DNA of 64,000 bases from Escherichia coli (GTDB taxonomy: Bacteria > Pseudomonadota > Gammaproteobacteria > Enterobacterales > Enterobacteriaceae): NCBI RefSeq assembly GCF_030013205.1, contig NZ_CP122648.1; one strand, written 5' to 3'. The notes below the pieces were generated by a model. It saw nothing but the letters and a program-made list of their open reading frames with translations, was not told the origin of the DNA and searched no databases. A program made the translations under genes and the position numbers. Below are positions 32,494 to 42,232 of the stretch, one piece after another (the first letter of the stretch is position 1; every line of letters starts with the position of its first letter).

Positions 32494-32820
32494 TAATCAG
32501 GTCACTCCCCTTCAGGCCCCGGCCATCATGACCGGGGCTTTTTACTTTCAGGGAGCAACAGATATGCCTGGTTGTACATCACGTTTATTGCCCGAAGGCC
32601 CTTTTGCTGCCAAATGGCATCTGAATCGATCACAGTTTGACCGGTTATTACCCGATCCCGATGGGGTTATTGGGTGATCTCCTTCCATAAAAATACGCAG
32701 CTCGCCAGTGAAGGGCTTCTCAGACAATAAACGTCATTCATTTCATCGGTCAGGCCGCGTCTTCTCCGGGAGACGCGGCTTTTTCATTTATACCGCTAAC
32801 TCATTCATAAGGAGCAAATC

Positions 32821-33639
32821 ATGCGATTAGCAAGTCGTTTTGGTCATGTAAACCAGATACGCCGTGACCGTCCGCTGACACATGAAGAACTGATGCACTA
32901 TGTACCCAGTATTTTTGGGGAAGATCGGCATACCTCCCGCAGTGAACGCTATGCGTACATTCCCACCATCACCGTACTGGAAAGCCTGCAGCGGGAAGGT
33001 TTTCAGCCATTCTTCGCCTGCCAGACCCGCGTGCGCGATCCGGGCCGCCGGGGATACACCAGACACATGCTGCGTCTGCGGCGGGCCGGGGAGATAACCG
33101 GACAACATGTCCCTGAAATTATTCTGCTCAACTCCCATGACGGTACCTCCAGCTACCAGATGCTGCCGGGTTACTTCAGATTCGTCTGCCAGAACGGCTG
33201 CGTCTGCGGTCAGTCTCTGGGGGAAGTCCGTGTGCCCCACCGGGGAAATGTGGTGGACAGAGTCATTGAAGGGGCTTACGAGGTAGTGGGCGTTTTTGAC
33301 CGGATTGAGGAAAAGCGTGATGCCATGCAGTCTCTGGTCCTGCCGCCACCGGCACGTCAGGCGCTGGCACAGGCGGCACTGACTTACCGTTATGGTGACG
33401 AACATCAGCCGGTCACCACCGCCGACATTCTGACGCCACGACGCAGGGAGGATTACGGTAAGGACCTGTGGAGTGCATATCAGACCATCCAGGAGAATAT
33501 GCTGAAAGGCGGGATTTCCGGTCGCAGCGCTAAAGGAAAACGTATCCACACCCGTGCCATTCACAGCATCGACACGGACATTAGGCTCAACCGCGCATTG
33601 TGGGTGATGGCAGAAACGCTGCTGGAGAGCCTGCGCTGA
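32821..33639 (+). CDS. DUF945/YfjQ-family protein
   Basis: 272 aa, SD aaggag; CP4-type island protein. Confidence 0.65.
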   Translation: MRLASRFGHVNQIRRDRPLTHEELMHYVPSIFGEDRHTSRSERYAYIPTITVLESLQREGFQPFFACQTRVRDPGRRGYTRHMLRLRRAGEITGQHVPEIILLNSHDGTSSYQMLPGYFRFVCQNGCVCGQSLGEVRVPHRGNVVDRVIEGAYEVVGVFDRIEEKRDAMQSLVLPPPARQALAQAALTYRYGDEHQPVTTADILTPRRREDYGKDLWSAYQTIQENMLKGGISGRSAKGKRIHTRAIHSIDTDIRLNRALWVMAETLLESLR

Positions 33640-33730
33640 TGCTGTTTCCCTGAAAGTGCAGCCCTGACTCACGTCTGTACCAGTCCCCAGGCATTCTTCC
33701 ATTCATTTGCTTTTTATAAGGAATAATCTC

Positions 33731-34216
33731 ATGACAACCTCTTCGCATAATTCCACCACACCTTCTGTTTCCGTAACCGCTGCATCAGGGAATAACCAGT
33801 CTCAACTGGTTGCCACTCCCGTCCCTGATGAACAGCGCATCAGTTTCTGGCCGCAGCACTTTGGCCTCATTCCACAGTGGGTGACCCTGGAGCCCCGTAT
33901 CTTCGGCTGGATGGACCGTCTGTGTGAAGACTACTGCGGTGGTATCTGGAATCTGTATACCCTGAACAACGGCGGGGCATTTATGGCACCCGAACCGGAT
34001 GACGATGATGACGAAACATGGGTACTGTTCAATGCCATGAACGGTAACCGCGCTGAAATGAGCCCGGAAGCCGCCGGTATTGCCGCCTGTCTGATGACGT
34101 ACAGCCATCATGCCTGTCGTACGGAGTGTTATGCCATGACGGTCCATTATTACCGGCTGCGGGATTACGCCCTGCAGCATCCTGAATGCAGCGCCATTAT
34201 GCGCATCATCGACTGA
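33731..34216 (+). CDS. antirestriction protein (YfjX/KlcA-like)
   Basis: 161 aa from ATG with SD aagga; acidic DDDDDE patch. Confidence 0.65.
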   Translation: MTTSSHNSTTPSVSVTAASGNNQSQLVATPVPDEQRISFWPQHFGLIPQWVTLEPRIFGWMDRLCEDYCGGIWNLYTLNNGGAFMAPEPDDDDDETWVLFNAMNGNRAEMSPEAAGIAACLMTYSHHACRTECYAMTVHYYRLRDYALQHPECSAIMRIID

Positions 34217-34230
34217 GCCGGAGAAGCACA

Positions 34231-34707
34231 ATGCAACAACTTTCCTTTCTGCCCGGAGAGATGACAACCAGAGAGCGCAGTCTCATTCTGCGGGCCCTGA
34301 AAACCCTGGACCGCCATCTTCATGAACCCGGTGTGGCCTTCACCTCCACGCATGCGGCACGGGAATGGCTGATTCTGAACATGGCAGGACTGGAGCGGGA
34401 AGAGTTCCGGGTACTGTATCTGAACAACCAGAATCAGCTGATTGCGGGTGAAACCCTCTTCACCGGCACCATCAACCGCACGGAGGTCCATCCCCGGGAA
34501 GTGATTAAACGTGCCCTGTACCACAATGCCGCTGCCGTGATACTGGCACACAACCACCCGTCCGGTGAAGTCACTCCCAGTAAGGCAGACCGGCTTATTA
34601 CGGAACGTCTGGTACAGGCACTGGCCATGGTGGATATCCGGGTGCCGGACCATCTGATAGTCGGTGGCAGCCAGGTTTTCTCCTTTGCCGAACACGGTCT
34701 GCTTTAA
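34231..34707 (+). CDS. RadC-like JAB-domain protein (YeeS/YfjY family)
   Basis: 158 aa; JAMM motif HNHPSGE. Confidence 0.8.
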   Translation: MQQLSFLPGEMTTRERSLILRALKTLDRHLHEPGVAFTSTHAAREWLILNMAGLEREEFRVLYLNNQNQLIAGETLFTGTINRTEVHPREVIKRALYHNAAAVILAHNHPSGEVTPSKADRLITERLVQALAMVDIRVPDHLIVGGSQVFSFAEHGLL

Positions 34708-34775
34708 CCCGTCACCGTCACAACCACATCACACCTGTTTTCACTTTTATCTTCTGTCTTCAGAGGTATCCCACC

Positions 34776-34997
34776 ATGAAAATTATCACCCGTGGTGAAG
34801 CCATGCGCATTCACCGTCAGCATCCGGCATCCCGTCTTTTTCCGTTCTGCACCGGTAAGTACCGCTGGCACGGCAGCACTGAGGCATATACCGGTCGTGA
34901 AGTGCAGGATATTCCCGGTGTGCTGGCCGTGTTTGCTGAACGCCGTAAGGACAGTTTTGGCCCGTATGTCCGGCTGATGAGTGTAACCCTGAACTGA
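34776..34997 (+). CDS. YeeT/DUF987-family protein
   Basis: 73 aa, SD gagg. Confidence 0.6.
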   Translation: MKIITRGEAMRIHRQHPASRLFPFCTGKYRWHGSTEAYTGREVQDIPGVLAVFAERRKDSFGPYVRLMSVTLN

Positions 34998-35015
34998 GTC
35001 AGGAAGGGAATTCTG

Positions 35016-35660
35016 ATGAGCAGAATTATCACCACCACCGTGTATACGCTGGATGAACTTTCCTGCCCGGCACGGGAAAAAGCCCGCGACGGGTACCGTC
35101 AGCATCATGCTGACAGCAACTGGTATGAAAACGTGTATGAAGACTTCAGGGAGGTCTGTGACATTTTCGGGATTAACCTCCGCCAGCGTGTTATCCGGCT
35201 CAGCAGTGGCAGGTTTATGGAAGAGCCGTGCATCTGGTTCAGCGGATTCTGCAGCCAGGGGGACGGAGCCTGTTTTGAAGGACGCTGGCACTGGCAGTCA
35301 GCAACAGCCAGGAGAATCCGGGAGTATGCCCCACAGGACCGTGAAATTCATCGTATCGCGGATGCCCTGCAGTCGGTACAGAAGCGTAACTTCTGGCAGT
35401 TACAGGCTGAAATCAGTCACCGGGGACGTTACTGCCATCCGTACAGCATGGATATCACCGTCACCCGGAACAGTCCGACTGGTCAGGTAATGACAACCGA
35501 TGCGGAAGCCGCTGTCAGCGAAGCCCTGCGCGACCTGGCCTTCTGGTTGTACCGTCAGCTGGAAAACGAGTACGACTGGCTGACCTCAGACGCCGCTGTG
35601 GATGAGGCCCTTCTCATCAACGAATACACCTTCACCGAAGCCGGTCTGCGCGCCGGCTGA
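35016..35660 (+). CDS. hypothetical protein (Cys/Trp-rich)
   Basis: 214 aa, SD ggaaggg; sits between yeeT-like gene and cbeA. Confidence 0.5.
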   Translation: MSRIITTTVYTLDELSCPAREKARDGYRQHHADSNWYENVYEDFREVCDIFGINLRQRVIRLSSGRFMEEPCIWFSGFCSQGDGACFEGRWHWQSATARRIREYAPQDREIHRIADALQSVQKRNFWQLQAEISHRGRYCHPYSMDITVTRNSPTGQVMTTDAEAAVSEALRDLAFWLYRQLENEYDWLTSDAAVDEALLINEYTFTEAGLRAG

Positions 35661-35709
35661 CTCGTCATCGTTAAACTATCATTCACCGATTTTCTGTGAG
35701 GATTTTATC

Positions 35710-36078
35710 GTGTCAGACACACTCCATGAAACAAATTATCCCGACGACAACAACGACCGCTCCTGGTGGGGGCTACCCTGCACCGTGACGCCCTGTTTCA
35801 GGGCACGTCTGGTGCAGGAAGGGAACCGGTTGCATTACCTTGCAGACCGTGCCGGTATCAGAGGCCGGTTCAGCGACGCGGATGCGTACCATCTGGACCA
35901 GGCCTTTCCGCTGCTGATGAAACAACTGGAACTCATGCTCACCAGCGGTGAACTCAGTCCCCGCCATCAGCATACCGTCACGCTGTATGCAAAAGGGCTG
36001 ACCTGCGAAGCCGACACCCTCGGCAGTTGTGGCTACGTTTATATGGCTGTTTATCCGACGCCCGAAACGAAAAAGTAA
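35710..36078 (+). CDS. cbeA: CbeA/YeeU-family type IV antitoxin
   Basis: 122 aa from GTG 35710 with SD gagga (MSDTLHETNYPDD...WWGLPCTVTPCF...). Confidence 0.8.
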   Translation: MSDTLHETNYPDDNNDRSWWGLPCTVTPCFRARLVQEGNRLHYLADRAGIRGRFSDADAYHLDQAFPLLMKQLELMLTSGELSPRHQHTVTLYAKGLTCEADTLGSCGYVYMAVYPTPETKK

Positions 36079-36167
36079 ATAATCAGAATAACCTTCTGCT
36101 CCGGCCAGGTGCTTTCACCACACCACTTTCCCATTTCTCATCTCTGCATATCAGGAAAATCTTCAGT

Positions 36168-36545
36168 ATGAAAACATTACCTGTATTACCCGGGCAGGCG
36201 GCCGGTTTACGCCCGTCTCCGGTTGAAATCTGGCAGACACTGCTTACCAGACTGCTGGACCAGCATTACGGCCTCACGCTGAATGACACGCCGTTTGCCG
36301 ATGAACGTGTGATTGAGCAGCATATTGAGGCAGGCATATCACTGTGTGATGCGGTGAACTTTCTCGTGGAAAAATACGCGCTGGTGCGTACCGACAAGCC
36401 GGGATTCAACGCCTGTACCCACTCTCAGTTAATAAACAGCATCGATATCCTCCGGGCCCGCCGGGCAACAGGCCTGATGACCCGCGACAATTACAGAACG
36501 GTGAACAATATCACCCGGGGTAAACATTCGGAGGCGAAACGATGA
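36168..36545 (+). CDS. cbtA: CbtA/YeeV-family toxin
   Basis: 125 aa (MKTLPVLPGQAAGLRPSPVEIWQ...) directly downstream of the antitoxin. Confidence 0.8.
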   Translation: MKTLPVLPGQAAGLRPSPVEIWQTLLTRLLDQHYGLTLNDTPFADERVIEQHIEAGISLCDAVNFLVEKYALVRTDKPGFNACTHSQLINSIDILRARRATGLMTRDNYRTVNNITRGKHSEAKR

Positions 36546-37030
36546 AACTGACCCTGACACTGGAAGCCGACAGTATTAATGTGCAGGCACTGAACATGGA
36601 GCGAATTGTTGTTGACGTCGATGGTATTGAGCTCGCTGAACTGATTAATAAGGTCGCTGAAAACGGTTATTCACTCCGCGTGGTGGATGCTCCCGAACAG
36701 CAGACAACGGATTCTCCACCATCGTTTACGGCCCTTACCGGCATACGCTGCAGTACCGCACATATCACGGAAAAGGATAACGCCTGGCTGTACTCGCTGT
36801 CACACCAGACCAGTGACTTCGGTGAATCAGAATGGATTCATTTCACAGGTAGCGGATATCTGTTACGTACCGATGCGTGGTCATATCCGGTTCTGCGGCT
36901 TAAACGCCTGGGGCTGTCAAAAACGTTCCGTCGTCTGGTTGTCACACTCATCCAACGTTATGGCGTCAGTCTCATTCATCTGGATGCCAGCGCTGAATGT
37001 CTGCCGGACCTGCCCACTTTCGACTGGTAA
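36542..37030 (+). CDS. YeeW-like protein
   Basis: 162 aa, start overlaps cbtA stop (ATGA). Confidence 0.55.
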   Translation: MKLTLTLEADSINVQALNMERIVVDVDGIELAELINKVAENGYSLRVVDAPEQQTTDSPPSFTALTGIRCSTAHITEKDNAWLYSLSHQTSDFGESEWIHFTGSGYLLRTDAWSYPVLRLKRLGLSKTFRRLVVTLIQRYGVSLIHLDASAECLPDLPTFDW

Positions 37031-37031
37031 C

Positions 37032-37239
37032 CAGGAACAACATGAAATCATTAACCACAGAAACCGCACTGGATATTCTGATTGCGTGGCTACAAGACAA
37101 TATCGACTGCGAATCGGGAATTATCTTTGACAACGATGAGGATAGAACGGATTCGGCAGCACTGTTGCCCTGTATCGAACAGGCCAGAGAGGATGTCCGT
37201 ACCCTGCGTCAGCTGCAGTTTCTGCAACAGAACCGGTGA
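37032..37239 (+). CDS. small island protein (YpjJ-like)
   Basis: 68 aa from ATG with SD agga. Confidence 0.4.
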
Positions 37240-37323
37240 GTCTTACTCACCAGACTTCATTCCACTGACGCCAGCCTGAATACGGCTGGCGTTTTCGTTT
37301 ATCTGCAAAAAGGAATATCGATT

Positions 37324-38166
37324 ATGTCTGAAATCACAGCCTCTCGTCCGGAAGTGGTCAACGGGCATACGGACGTTATCTGCTCAACCAGTATCCGCCA
37401 CATTCTGGCTGTACGAAAGAGTACATTGCTGCAAATCGACACACTTATCCGGCAACTGGCTGAAATATCAGCAATGACAGAAAGTATTGGAGGTAAAACG
37501 GCTCTGGACTGGGCCATGAAACAGGATTTTCGCTGCGGTTGCTGGCTGATGGAGAAACCGGAAACCGCAATGAAAGCCATCACACGCAATCTTGATCGCG
37601 AACTCTGGCGTGATCTGATGCAACGTTCCGGGTTGCTGAGTCTGATGGATGCGCAGACCCGGGACACATGGTACAGGTCACTGGAATATGATAATTTTCC
37701 GGAAATCAGCGAAGCGAACATTCTGAGCACATTTGAACAACTGCACCAGAACAAAGATGAAGTGTTTGAACGGGGAGTGATCAACGTCTTCAAAGGGCTG
37801 AGCTGGGATTACAAAACCAACTCACCCTGTAAATTTGGCAGTAAAATTATCGTCAACAATCTGGTGAGGTGGGACCAGTGGGGATTTCATCTTATCAGTG
37901 GAATGCAGGCAGATCGCCTGGCTGACCTGGAAAGAATGTTGCATCTGCTCAGCGGTAAACCGATCCCCGACAACCGGGGGAATATCACCATTAATCTGGA
38001 TGACCACATACAGTCCGTTCAGGGTAAAGGACGCTATGAAGATGAGATGTTCATCATTAAATACTTTAAGAAGGGATCTGCACACATCACTTTCAAAAGG
38101 CTGGAGCTGATTGACAGAATTAACGATATAATAGCTAGGCACTTTCCTTCTGTGCTCTCAGCCTGA
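37324..38166 (+). CDS. DUF4942-like island protein
   Basis: 280 aa, SD aaagga; family assignment from memory. Confidence 0.5.
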   Translation: MSEITASRPEVVNGHTDVICSTSIRHILAVRKSTLLQIDTLIRQLAEISAMTESIGGKTALDWAMKQDFRCGCWLMEKPETAMKAITRNLDRELWRDLMQRSGLLSLMDAQTRDTWYRSLEYDNFPEISEANILSTFEQLHQNKDEVFERGVINVFKGLSWDYKTNSPCKFGSKIIVNNLVRWDQWGFHLISGMQADRLADLERMLHLLSGKPIPDNRGNITINLDDHIQSVQGKGRYEDEMFIIKYFKKGSAHITFKRLELIDRINDIIARHFPSVLSA

Positions 38167-38276
38167 CCCCGAGTTTGATTCCCTTTCGATATCAAAAGGG
38201 ACTGCGGGTACAAAAGAGGGTACATCTTTCACCAAACCAAACAAAATAAACTAATATCAACATGATAGAAGCATTC

Positions 38277-38298
38277 TTCGATTCCGAGTCCGGCACCA
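38277..38298 (+). repeat. attR: duplicate of pheU 3' end
   Basis: ttcgattccgagtccggcacca matches 7174-7196 with one G fewer; flanking about 150 bp also resembles the region downstream of pheU. Confidence 0.75.
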
Positions 38299-38463
38299 AA
38301 TTCATATAAACGGACCTCCACGGAGGTCCGTTTTTCGTTTCAGGACGCCACAATTTAAGCGTTCTGCCTAAAAATCATTTCTACCGAACTCAACCAAATT
38401 CTCCCCACAACACCAGCATTTTGCGGGTATATCCCAATTCGGGAAAATTTGTTCCTGAGCTAT

Positions 38464-38655
38464 AGCGCTGACTGACGTGAAATGTCGTGCGACCCCGTGA
38501 TGCTGTTGAATGTCAAATGACGTCATCAGGAGCGTAACGCATCCATAAAGCACAACACCGGTCTGAACGCCGACTGATGAGATTTTCTGAATGAGAACAA
38601 AGAGAAATGTATCAGTCCGCTTGCTCATGCAAAGACTAACAATCCATAAAAATAG
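38464..38655 (+). pseudogene. integrase remnant (first codons fused to 3' end; internal deletion)
   Basis: gctgactgacg matches int start at 7399; 38490-38655 parallels int 8460-8656 including the stop. Confidence 0.6.
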
Positions 38656-38914
38656 TAAGCGCGCCGGGCAATTTCCCATGGATTATTTTCTGAACATTTT
38701 TCTTTGGCAAAGATGATGAATTTTGATGATAAGGAATATTACTTCTGGTTCTCAGTAAAATCCTTTCGTAATACTATGTAATCAAGAAGTTTATGGCTGG
38801 TAAAAATAACGTCTTGCATTCACCAATAATATGTAAATAAAACCATCTATAGATGGTAAAAATAGGTTGTGGCAATTATCATTGCATCATTCCCTTTTCG
38901 AATGAGTTTCTATT

Positions 38915-40453
38915 ATGCAACAACCTGTAGTTCGCGTTGGCGAATGGCTTGTTACTCCGTCCATAAACCAAATTAGCCGCAATGGGCGTCAACTTACCCT
39001 TGAGCCGAGATTAATCGATCTTCTGGTTTTCTTTGCTCAACACAGTGGCGAAGTACTTAGCAGGGATGAACTTATCGATAATGTCTGGAAGAGAAGTATT
39101 GTCACCAATCACGTTGTGACGCAGAGTATCTCAGAACTACGTAAGTCATTAAAAGATAATGATGAAGATAGTCCTGTCTATATCGCTACTGTACCAAAGC
39201 GCGGCTATAAATTAATGGTGCCGGTTATCTGGTACAGCGAAGAAGAGGGAGAGGAAATAATGCTATCTTCGCCTCCCCCTATACCAGAGGCGGTTCCTGA
39301 CACAGATTCTCCCTCCCACAGTCTTAACATTCAAAACACCGCAACACCACCTGAACAATCCCCTGTTAAAAGCAAACGATTCACTACCTTTTGGGTATGG
39401 TTTTTTTTCCTGTTGTCGTTAGGTATCTGTGTAGCACTGGTAGCGTTTTCAAGTCTTGATACACGTCTTCCGATGAGCAAATCGCGTATTTTGCTCAATC
39501 CACGCGATATTGACATTAATATGGTAAATAAAAGTTGTAACAGCTGGAGTTCCCCGTATCAGCTCTCTTACGCGATAGGCGTGGGTGATTTGGTGGCGAC
39601 ATCACTTAACACCTTCTCCACCTTTATGGTGCATGACAAAATCAACTACAACATTGATGAACCGAGCAGTTCCGGTAAAACATTATCTATTGCGTTTGTT
39701 AATCAGCGCCAATACCGTGCTCAACAATGCTTTATGTCGGTAAAATTGGTAGACAATGCAGATGGTTCAACCATGCTGGATAAACGTTATGTCATCACTA
39801 ACGGTAATCAGCTGGCGATTCAAAATGATTTACTGGAGAGTTTATCAAAAGCGTTAAACCAACCGTGGCCACAACGAATGCAGGAGATGCTCCAGCAAAT
39901 TTTGCCTCATCGTGGTGCGTTATTAACTAATTTTTATCAGGCACATGATTATTTACTGCATGGCGATGATAAATCATTGAACCGTGCCAGTGAATTATTG
40001 GGTGAGATTGTTCAATCATCCCCAGAATTTACCTACGCGAGAGCAGAAAAAGCATTAGTTGATATCGTGCGCCATTCTCAACATCCTTTAGATGAAAAAC
40101 AATTAGCAGCACTGAACACAGAAATAGATAACATTGTTACACTACCGGAATTGAATAACCTGTCCATTATATATCAAATAAAAGCGGTCAGTGCTCTGGT
40201 AAAAGGTAAAACAGATGAGTCTTATCAGGCGATAAATACTGGCATTGATCTTGAAATGTCCTGGCTAAATTATGTATTGCTTGGCAAGGTTTATGAAATG
40301 AAGGGGATGAACCGGGAAGCAGCTGATGCATATCTCACCGCCTTTAATTTACGCCCAGGGGCAAACACCCTTTACTGGATTGAAAATGGTATATTCCAGA
40401 CTTCTGTTCCTTATGTTGTACCTTATCTCGACAAATTTCTCGCTTCAGAATAA
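38915..40453 (+). CDS. cadC: membrane-integrated transcriptional activator CadC
   Basis: 512 aa; N-terminal winged-helix, single TM (FTTFWVWFFFLLSLGICVALVAF), periplasmic sensor. Confidence 0.95.
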   Translation: MQQPVVRVGEWLVTPSINQISRNGRQLTLEPRLIDLLVFFAQHSGEVLSRDELIDNVWKRSIVTNHVVTQSISELRKSLKDNDEDSPVYIATVPKRGYKLMVPVIWYSEEEGEEIMLSSPPPIPEAVPDTDSPSHSLNIQNTATPPEQSPVKSKRFTTFWVWFFFLLSLGICVALVAFSSLDTRLPMSKSRILLNPRDIDINMVNKSCNSWSSPYQLSYAIGVGDLVATSLNTFSTFMVHDKINYNIDEPSSSGKTLSIAFVNQRQYRAQQCFMSVKLVDNADGSTMLDKRYVITNGNQLAIQNDLLESLSKALNQPWPQRMQEMLQQILPHRGALLTNFYQAHDYLLHGDDKSLNRASELLGEIVQSSPEFTYARAEKALVDIVRHSQHPLDEKQLAALNTEIDNIVTLPELNNLSIIYQIKAVSALVKGKTDESYQAINTGIDLEMSWLNYVLLGKVYEMKGMNREAADAYLTAFNLRPGANTLYWIENGIFQTSVPYVVPYLDKFLASE

Positions 40454-40818
40454 GTAACTCCCGGGTTGATTTATGCTCGGCAATATTTGTTGTTGAGTTT
40501 TTGTATGTTCCTGTTGGTATAATATGTTGCGGCAATTTATTTGCCGCATAATTTTTATTACATAAATTTAACCAGAAAATATCCCGCAATCCATTGTAAA
40601 CATTGAATGTTTATCTTTTCATGATATCAACTTGCGATCCTGATGTGTTAATAAAAAACCTCAAGTTCTCACTTACAGAAACTTTTGTGTTATTTCACCT
40701 AATCTTTAGGATTAATCCTTTTTTCGTGAGTATTCTTAGCACCAGTTTGGTCTGGTCAGGAAATAGTTATACATCATGACCCGGACTCCAAATTCAAAAA
40801 TGAAATTAGGAGAAGAGC

Positions 40819-42153
40819 ATGAGTTCTGCCAAGAAGATCGGGCTATTTGCCTGTACCGGTGTTGTTGCCGGTAATATGATGGGGAGCGGTATTGCATTAT
40901 TACCTGCGAACCTAGCAAGTATCGGTGGTATTGCTATCTGGGGTTGGATTATCTCTATTATTGGTGCAATGTCGCTGGCGTATGTATATGCCCGACTGGC
41001 AACAAAAAACCCGCAACAAGGTGGCCCAATTGCTTATGCCGGAGAAATTTCCCCTGCATTTGGTTTTCAGACAGGTGTTCTTTATTACCATGCTAACTGG
41101 ATTGGTAACCTGGCGATTGGTATTACCGCTGTATCTTATCTTTCCACCTTCTTCCCAGTATTAAATGATCCTGTTCCGGCGGGTATCGCCTGTATTGCTA
41201 TCGTCTGGGTATTTACCTTTGTAAATATGCTCGGCGGTACCTGGGTAAGCCGTTTAACCACTATTGGTCTGGTGCTGGTTCTTATTCCTGTGGTAATGAC
41301 AGCTATTGTTGGCTGGCATTGGTTTGATGCTGCGACTTATGCTGCTAACTGGAATACTGCGGATACCACTGATGGTCATGCGATCATTAAAAGTATTCTG
41401 CTCTGCCTGTGGGCCTTCGTGGGTGTTGAATCCGCAGCTGTAAGTACTGGTATGGTTAAAAACCCGAAACGTACCGTTCCGCTGGCAACCATGCTGGGTA
41501 CTGGTTTAGCAGGTATTGTTTATATCGCTGCGACTCAGGTGCTTTCCGGTATGTATCCGTCTTCTGTAATGGCAGCTTCCGGTGCTCCGTTTGCAATCAG
41601 TGCTTCAACTATCCTCGGTAACTGGGCTGCGCCGCTGGTTTCTGCATTCACCGCCTTTGCGTGCCTGACTTCTCTGGGCTCCTGGATGATGTTGGTAGGC
41701 CAGGCAGGTGTACGTGCCGCTAACGACGGTAACTTCCCGAAAGTTTATGGTGAAGTCGACAGCAACGGTATTCCGAAAAAAGGTCTGCTGCTGGCTGCAG
41801 TGAAAATGACTGCCCTGATGATCCTCATCACTCTGATGAACTCTGCCGGTGGTAAAGCATCTGACCTGTTCGGTGAACTGACCGGTATCGCAGTACTGCT
41901 GACTATGCTGCCGTACTTCTACTCTTGCGTTGACCTGATTCGTTTTGAAGGCGTTAACATCCGCAACTTTGTCAGCCTGATCTGCTCTGTACTGGGTTGC
42001 GTGTTCTGCTTCATCGCGCTGATGGGCGCAAGCTCCTTCGAGCTGGCAGGTACCTTCATCGTCAGCCTGATTATCCTGATGTTCTACGCTCGCAAAATGC
42101 ACGAGCGCCAGAGCCACTCAATGGATAACCACACAGCGTCTAACGCACATTAA
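40819..42153 (+). CDS. cadB: lysine/cadaverine antiporter CadB
   Basis: 444-aa APC-family transporter, paralogous to the AdiC ORF. Confidence 0.95.
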   Translation: MSSAKKIGLFACTGVVAGNMMGSGIALLPANLASIGGIAIWGWIISIIGAMSLAYVYARLATKNPQQGGPIAYAGEISPAFGFQTGVLYYHANWIGNLAIGITAVSYLSTFFPVLNDPVPAGIACIAIVWVFTFVNMLGGTWVSRLTTIGLVLVLIPVVMTAIVGWHWFDAATYAANWNTADTTDGHAIIKSILLCLWAFVGVESAAVSTGMVKNPKRTVPLATMLGTGLAGIVYIAATQVLSGMYPSSVMAASGAPFAISASTILGNWAAPLVSAFTAFACLTSLGSWMMLVGQAGVRAANDGNFPKVYGEVDSNGIPKKGLLLAAVKMTALMILITLMNSAGGKASDLFGELTGIAVLLTMLPYFYSCVDLIRFEGVNIRNFVSLICSVLGCVFCFIALMGASSFELAGTFIVSLIILMFYARKMHERQSHSMDNHTASNAH

Positions 42154-42232
42154 TTAAAAGTATTTTCCGAGGCTCCTCCTTTCATTTTGTCCCATGTGTT
42201 GGGAGGGGCCTTTTTTACCTGGAGATATGACT

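Noticed and set aside
32827-33702. 291-aa ORF antisense to the DUF945 gene
   Set aside because: The plus-strand gene has a strong ribosome-binding site and the family is known from CP4-type islands; the antisense frame is a GC-rich artefact.
7197-38298. Possibility that the pheU island is a virulence island (for example a type III secretion locus)
   Set aside because: No secretion-system, toxin or adhesin-operon genes were found; cargo is defence and cryptic-prophage type, apart from antigen 43.
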